Shown in pieces: positions 50,853 to 54,373 of a stretch of DNA of 54,373 nt. This stretch comes from Conidiobolus incongruus B7586 (lineage: Eukaryota). The notes under the pieces were generated by a model that had not been told where the DNA came from, did no database searches, and saw only the letters and a program-made list of their open reading frames with translations. Position 1 is the first letter of the stretch. Each line of letters starts with the position of its first letter. The stretch is from the NCBI GenBank assembly GCA_000697335.1, contig JNEM01011672.1, forward strand, positions 1-54,373. Direction: 5' to 3'. The position numbers were made by a program, and so were the translations under genes.

Positions 50853-51938
50853 ATGGATGAGGAATATAAATTTTATTTTGCAGAGCATATTCTGCCAATT
50901 TTTTTAAAAGTCAATATTGCCTCACTGGTTGCTAGTGCTCTAGTAGCTATATTTATTATTGCTACTAGAATTCTTAGGTTTAGGGCGGCTAAAAGATTGT
51001 CTTATAAGTTATATATGTGGATTACCATATCTGATGTTCTGACACATGCCATCGCTGTTGGTTCTTTAGTTGGAACAGACGATACTTGTAGAGTTTTGTC
51101 TGTGCTTTCAAATTGGATGAATTTGATAACGGTTAGCTTTACATGTGTTCTAGCATTTAATATCCATGCCGTCTTTATCATGTCTAAAGCTCACCTTGTC
51201 AGGTCTGAGCAGTTCTACTTTGTTTTGTGTGTTATCATCCCAGCAATTATCATCGTTCCAACAGCTATTCTCACATATATGAGACCCGGTTTTTGCGATC
51301 CTTTGGTGGCACTTGAAGTACACAAGAAGCTTTTATTGTTCTGGTTACTTTCAGGACTGTGGATTATGATTGGGACTTTGTATTGCTTTGCTGTATTCAT
51401 TATTGTTATCATTAAAATTGTTAATCATAAAAAAATGGACCAGCATGGAAGTAAGCTGACTGGCGGCCATCTTAAACGAATTGTCGCACGTTTAATCTTG
51501 TATCCTTTGGCTCCTGTCATTTGCCTCTTCCCCTTCATGGTCACTTACACAATTAGTCCTTTTGTTGACGAAGAATCAAACAAAGTAATCGATATCATTC
51601 AACTAACTTGCTTGGCCATCCAAGGTTTAGTTAACTTCTTTTTCTTCATGGCCGATCCTGCACTCCCAGATATCTTTGGGGAACTCCAGGGTAGTGTAGA
51701 AAGCTTTTCCATTTATGGTAGTACCACAAGGTGTACAGAGAGTGATGAGGACAAGTTGGAAACTCATGATTTGCGCAGCGATACACCATCTATTGCTACC
51801 AGAGAATACTCTACGCCAACTCCAAGACCAACCATCCAGTATACCGAGCCTGTTGGCGCTTTCCAATCAGCGTTCCCTATATTTGGACATGTTTCACATC
51901 CTACAGTCCCAGAGAAGCACTGGGTCAAATTGGTTTAA
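50853..51938 (+). CDS. Intronless 7TM G-protein-coupled receptor (cAMP-receptor/Git3-like fungal class)
   Basis: Seven hydrophobic segments; RLSYKL..ITISD (TM2), Cys before TM3, LAFNIHAVF, RIVARLILYPL, IQGLVNFFFFMADP, and a Ser/Thr-rich tail. The first ATG is at 50853. Confidence 0.85.
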   Translation: MDEEYKFYFAEHILPIFLKVNIASLVASALVAIFIIATRILRFRAAKRLSYKLYMWITISDVLTHAIAVGSLVGTDDTCRVLSVLSNWMNLITVSFTCVLAFNIHAVFIMSKAHLVRSEQFYFVLCVIIPAIIIVPTAILTYMRPGFCDPLVALEVHKKLLLFWLLSGLWIMIGTLYCFAVFIIVIIKIVNHKKMDQHGSKLTGGHLKRIVARLILYPLAPVICLFPFMVTYTISPFVDEESNKVIDIIQLTCLAIQGLVNFFFFMADPALPDIFGELQGSVESFSIYGSTTRCTESDEDKLETHDLRSDTPSIATREYSTPTPRPTIQYTEPVGAFQSAFPIFGHVSHPTVPEKHWVKLV

Positions 51939-54373
51939 TATTTATTTATATTTCATTAATTAATTCATAATAAATTTTATCAAATCCTTCACCAATATAT
52001 CTATAATCAATATTTTTTACCCCTTTATTTGATTATCTTTAATTAAATTTTTTATTCTCAATTTGAATACAATTAAATCAAGTTTTTATCTCGTTTTGTA
52101 CAATCCTTTAAATTTAAATTTGTATTTAAAATATGTTACACTTATAATGTCTATAAATTTTAAATTAAATAAGTGAATCTTGAATTATATTATTAAATTC
52201 AATTTAAAAGGGAAAAAAAAATAATTTTAATATCTCAATAAAAATAAAATTGATGAATAATTTATATTAAATTAAAAATTTTAAAATTTTTAATAAGATA
52301 AAAAAAAACCAAATTAGATTGATATAATTATTATTTTATGATTATAAAACTAAATATCATTTATAAAATAAATTATTAAAATTTTAACTTAATTATTTTG
52401 ATCATGTTAATTTTCACATTTTTATGAATTTAACATAAAAAAAATAAATGAATCAGAATCATTTCTAATTTTTATCACTAATTAAATTAAATTAATAATA
52501 TAATGGGGTAGATTAAAAAGTTAATGGAAGGTATCTCGGCGTATAAATTGAATGTCATTTTTTTGCTATGCATGATTCTTTTTAGATTAATTCTTCCAGA
52601 TTTTTACTCTATATATCTAAATAGATCAAAATTTGATAATTTTGATTATTATTATTATTATTATTATGATTTATTTATTATGAAATACTATTCGAATTTT
52701 GATAGATTATTAAATAGCTTAAAGATGATACAAAATTCTAAATTTTTTCACTTGTACATCTATTTAAATCAAAATTAGTCATTAAAGGAAAAATACTGAA
52801 TAACATAAATATTGATTATTTACTATATATTTAGTAACGGTATTGAACAGTATTTTTATTAAAATATACATGATAGGAGTTATATGGTTAGACTTTAGTA
52901 ATGTGGCTACTTGGGTAGCAACCTGCTCCACTAACTTCATCTCGGAATCTATTACCATATAGAGATATAACCCGGGAATACCCGTCATACCACTTCAACA
53001 ATTAATTTTTCTACAGACCTAATACACTTCTTTACATTACATACTGCCGACAAATGGCCTATGAATCAATCACTGTGCGGATATATTTTCATTATCATCT
53101 TCGATCTTCGTTGAAATCCATCAAACCCTAATAAAACATCCAAACTCAAACTCCGAACTAACCGTCAGCAAGTCGCTCCCTACCCTATTATCAAAATTTT
53201 ATGCGCAATTGTTAAAATCACAGTGATAACATCCACAACTCTATATTTTCAAATTCAATTTATCAAAATCACCTCAATTAGATATAATCATTGCTTTACT
53301 TAATTAAAACATAAGGATTGGTATTTTGTACACGTATTATACTGATCTTTATATTTCGGACTAATATATTATATTAAGTATAATTTGGTTAATATTTAAA
53401 TATCCAACATATAAAAATTCCAAATACAGATTAATTTTAATCCAAATTTAATATAAAATATAATTTTAATTTTTTAAATTTTTAAAAAAATTTTTTAATA
53501 TATTAATATTTTTTTTTAAAAATTTATCTTAATATTTAGATTTTATATAAATATGATTAATTTTTATTTCAAATTCATTGATAATAAAGAAAATAAATTA
53601 ATAAAATATTATTTATTAAATTAAAAAGAAATAATATCTTATTGATAATTCAAGATTTAATTTCCAATTTGATTTAGAATATATCATATTTTTTTGATAT
53701 TAGATGAAATACCTAAAATAACTATATTTTGCAATTAATTATAATTGATAAAAAATGGTGAAAAATTAAAAATTTCATATATTATCCTTTTTTTTAAATA
53801 AATTTAATAATATAATTTGTTTAATTTTATTAAGCTAATTTAAATTATTAATAATTTTATTATTTGAAATTAATATTTAAATGGAATTAATATATATTAA
53901 TAAAATTTAATAAAAGTCAAACTTAAAACAACAGAAGTTTTAACCAAAGTAAATAAAATATTAAATTCATTTAATAATTAATTATTTTATTATAATGAAA
54001 TAAAATAATTAATTATATTAATAAAGATAAAATATTAATTAATATGTTAATATAATAGTAAAAAGTAAAAATTAATTATAATTACAAAATATTTAATAAA
54101 AACTAACAAAACAAGTACTATGATAATTTATTAAACAAAATTAATATTCATAATAATTATTAATAAATATAGGATTTGAATAGATTTTTTAATATAAAAT
54201 CTTATTAATATCTTGAAAAATAACAAATATTTTACATATTTTCATCCTTATTTTGATAAATATTTAATATATTATAAAAAAATAAATTTAATAATAATAT
54301 AATTAAGATAATATATTTGCCAAATTTATTTGAAATTAAATACTTTAGTTAATATAAATATATTATATCTATA

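Noticed and set aside
52524..52778. 84-aa ORF with poly-Tyr
   Set aside because: The poly-Y comes from a (TAT)n microsatellite and the rest is AT-biased noise.
1..54373. Alternative genetic code (TAA/TAG read-through) suggested by stop-riddled transposon ORFs
   Set aside because: Intact genes end normally in TAA, TAG or TGA. The stops in the elements map to Trp/Gln/Arg codons altered by transitions.
1..54373. CRISPR arrays, tRNA/rRNA genes, U12-type (GTATCCTT/ATATCCTT) introns
   Set aside because: I saw no spaced repeats, cloverleafs or rRNA-like sequence by eye, and all resolved introns are ordinary GT-AG. A covariance-model scan was not possible.
53300..54373. Extremely AT-rich terminal stretch as a possible centromere or TE
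   Set aside because: I could not recover any repeat unit, terminal repeat or protein motif.

Overview
This is an AT-rich eukaryotic window. Its genes have many ~50-63 nt GT-AG introns and fungal-type products, which fits an early-diverging fungus (Entomophthorales/Conidiobolus-like; inferred, not verified). The left ~31 kb holds housekeeping genes: Nsp1/Nup62 C-terminus, ChaC, ALG12, a GT31-like ORF, Ypi1, Ssu72, a small membrane protein, TRAPPC11, a TBC protein, BNA6/QPRT, an F-box/WD40 protein, Nse4 and an L7Ae/Pop3-like protein. The right part holds a tandem array of intronless amidases (3 intact 547-aa copies and 1 pseudogene) and an intronless 7TM GPCR. The main hidden signals are invisible to the ORF track and were found by translating the minus strand by hand. 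(1) A decayed IS607-type element at ~21.5-23.6 kb encodes a serine-recombinase TnpA overlapping a Fanzor2/TnpB RNA-guided nuclease, with a candidate omegaRNA region. (2) Two full-length DD34D mariner relics with TIRs and TA target duplications lie at 39.2-40.5 kb and 44.3-45.5 kb. All three elements carry dense C>T/G>A transitions, a RIP-like signature, while the neighbouring duplicated amidase genes are spared.
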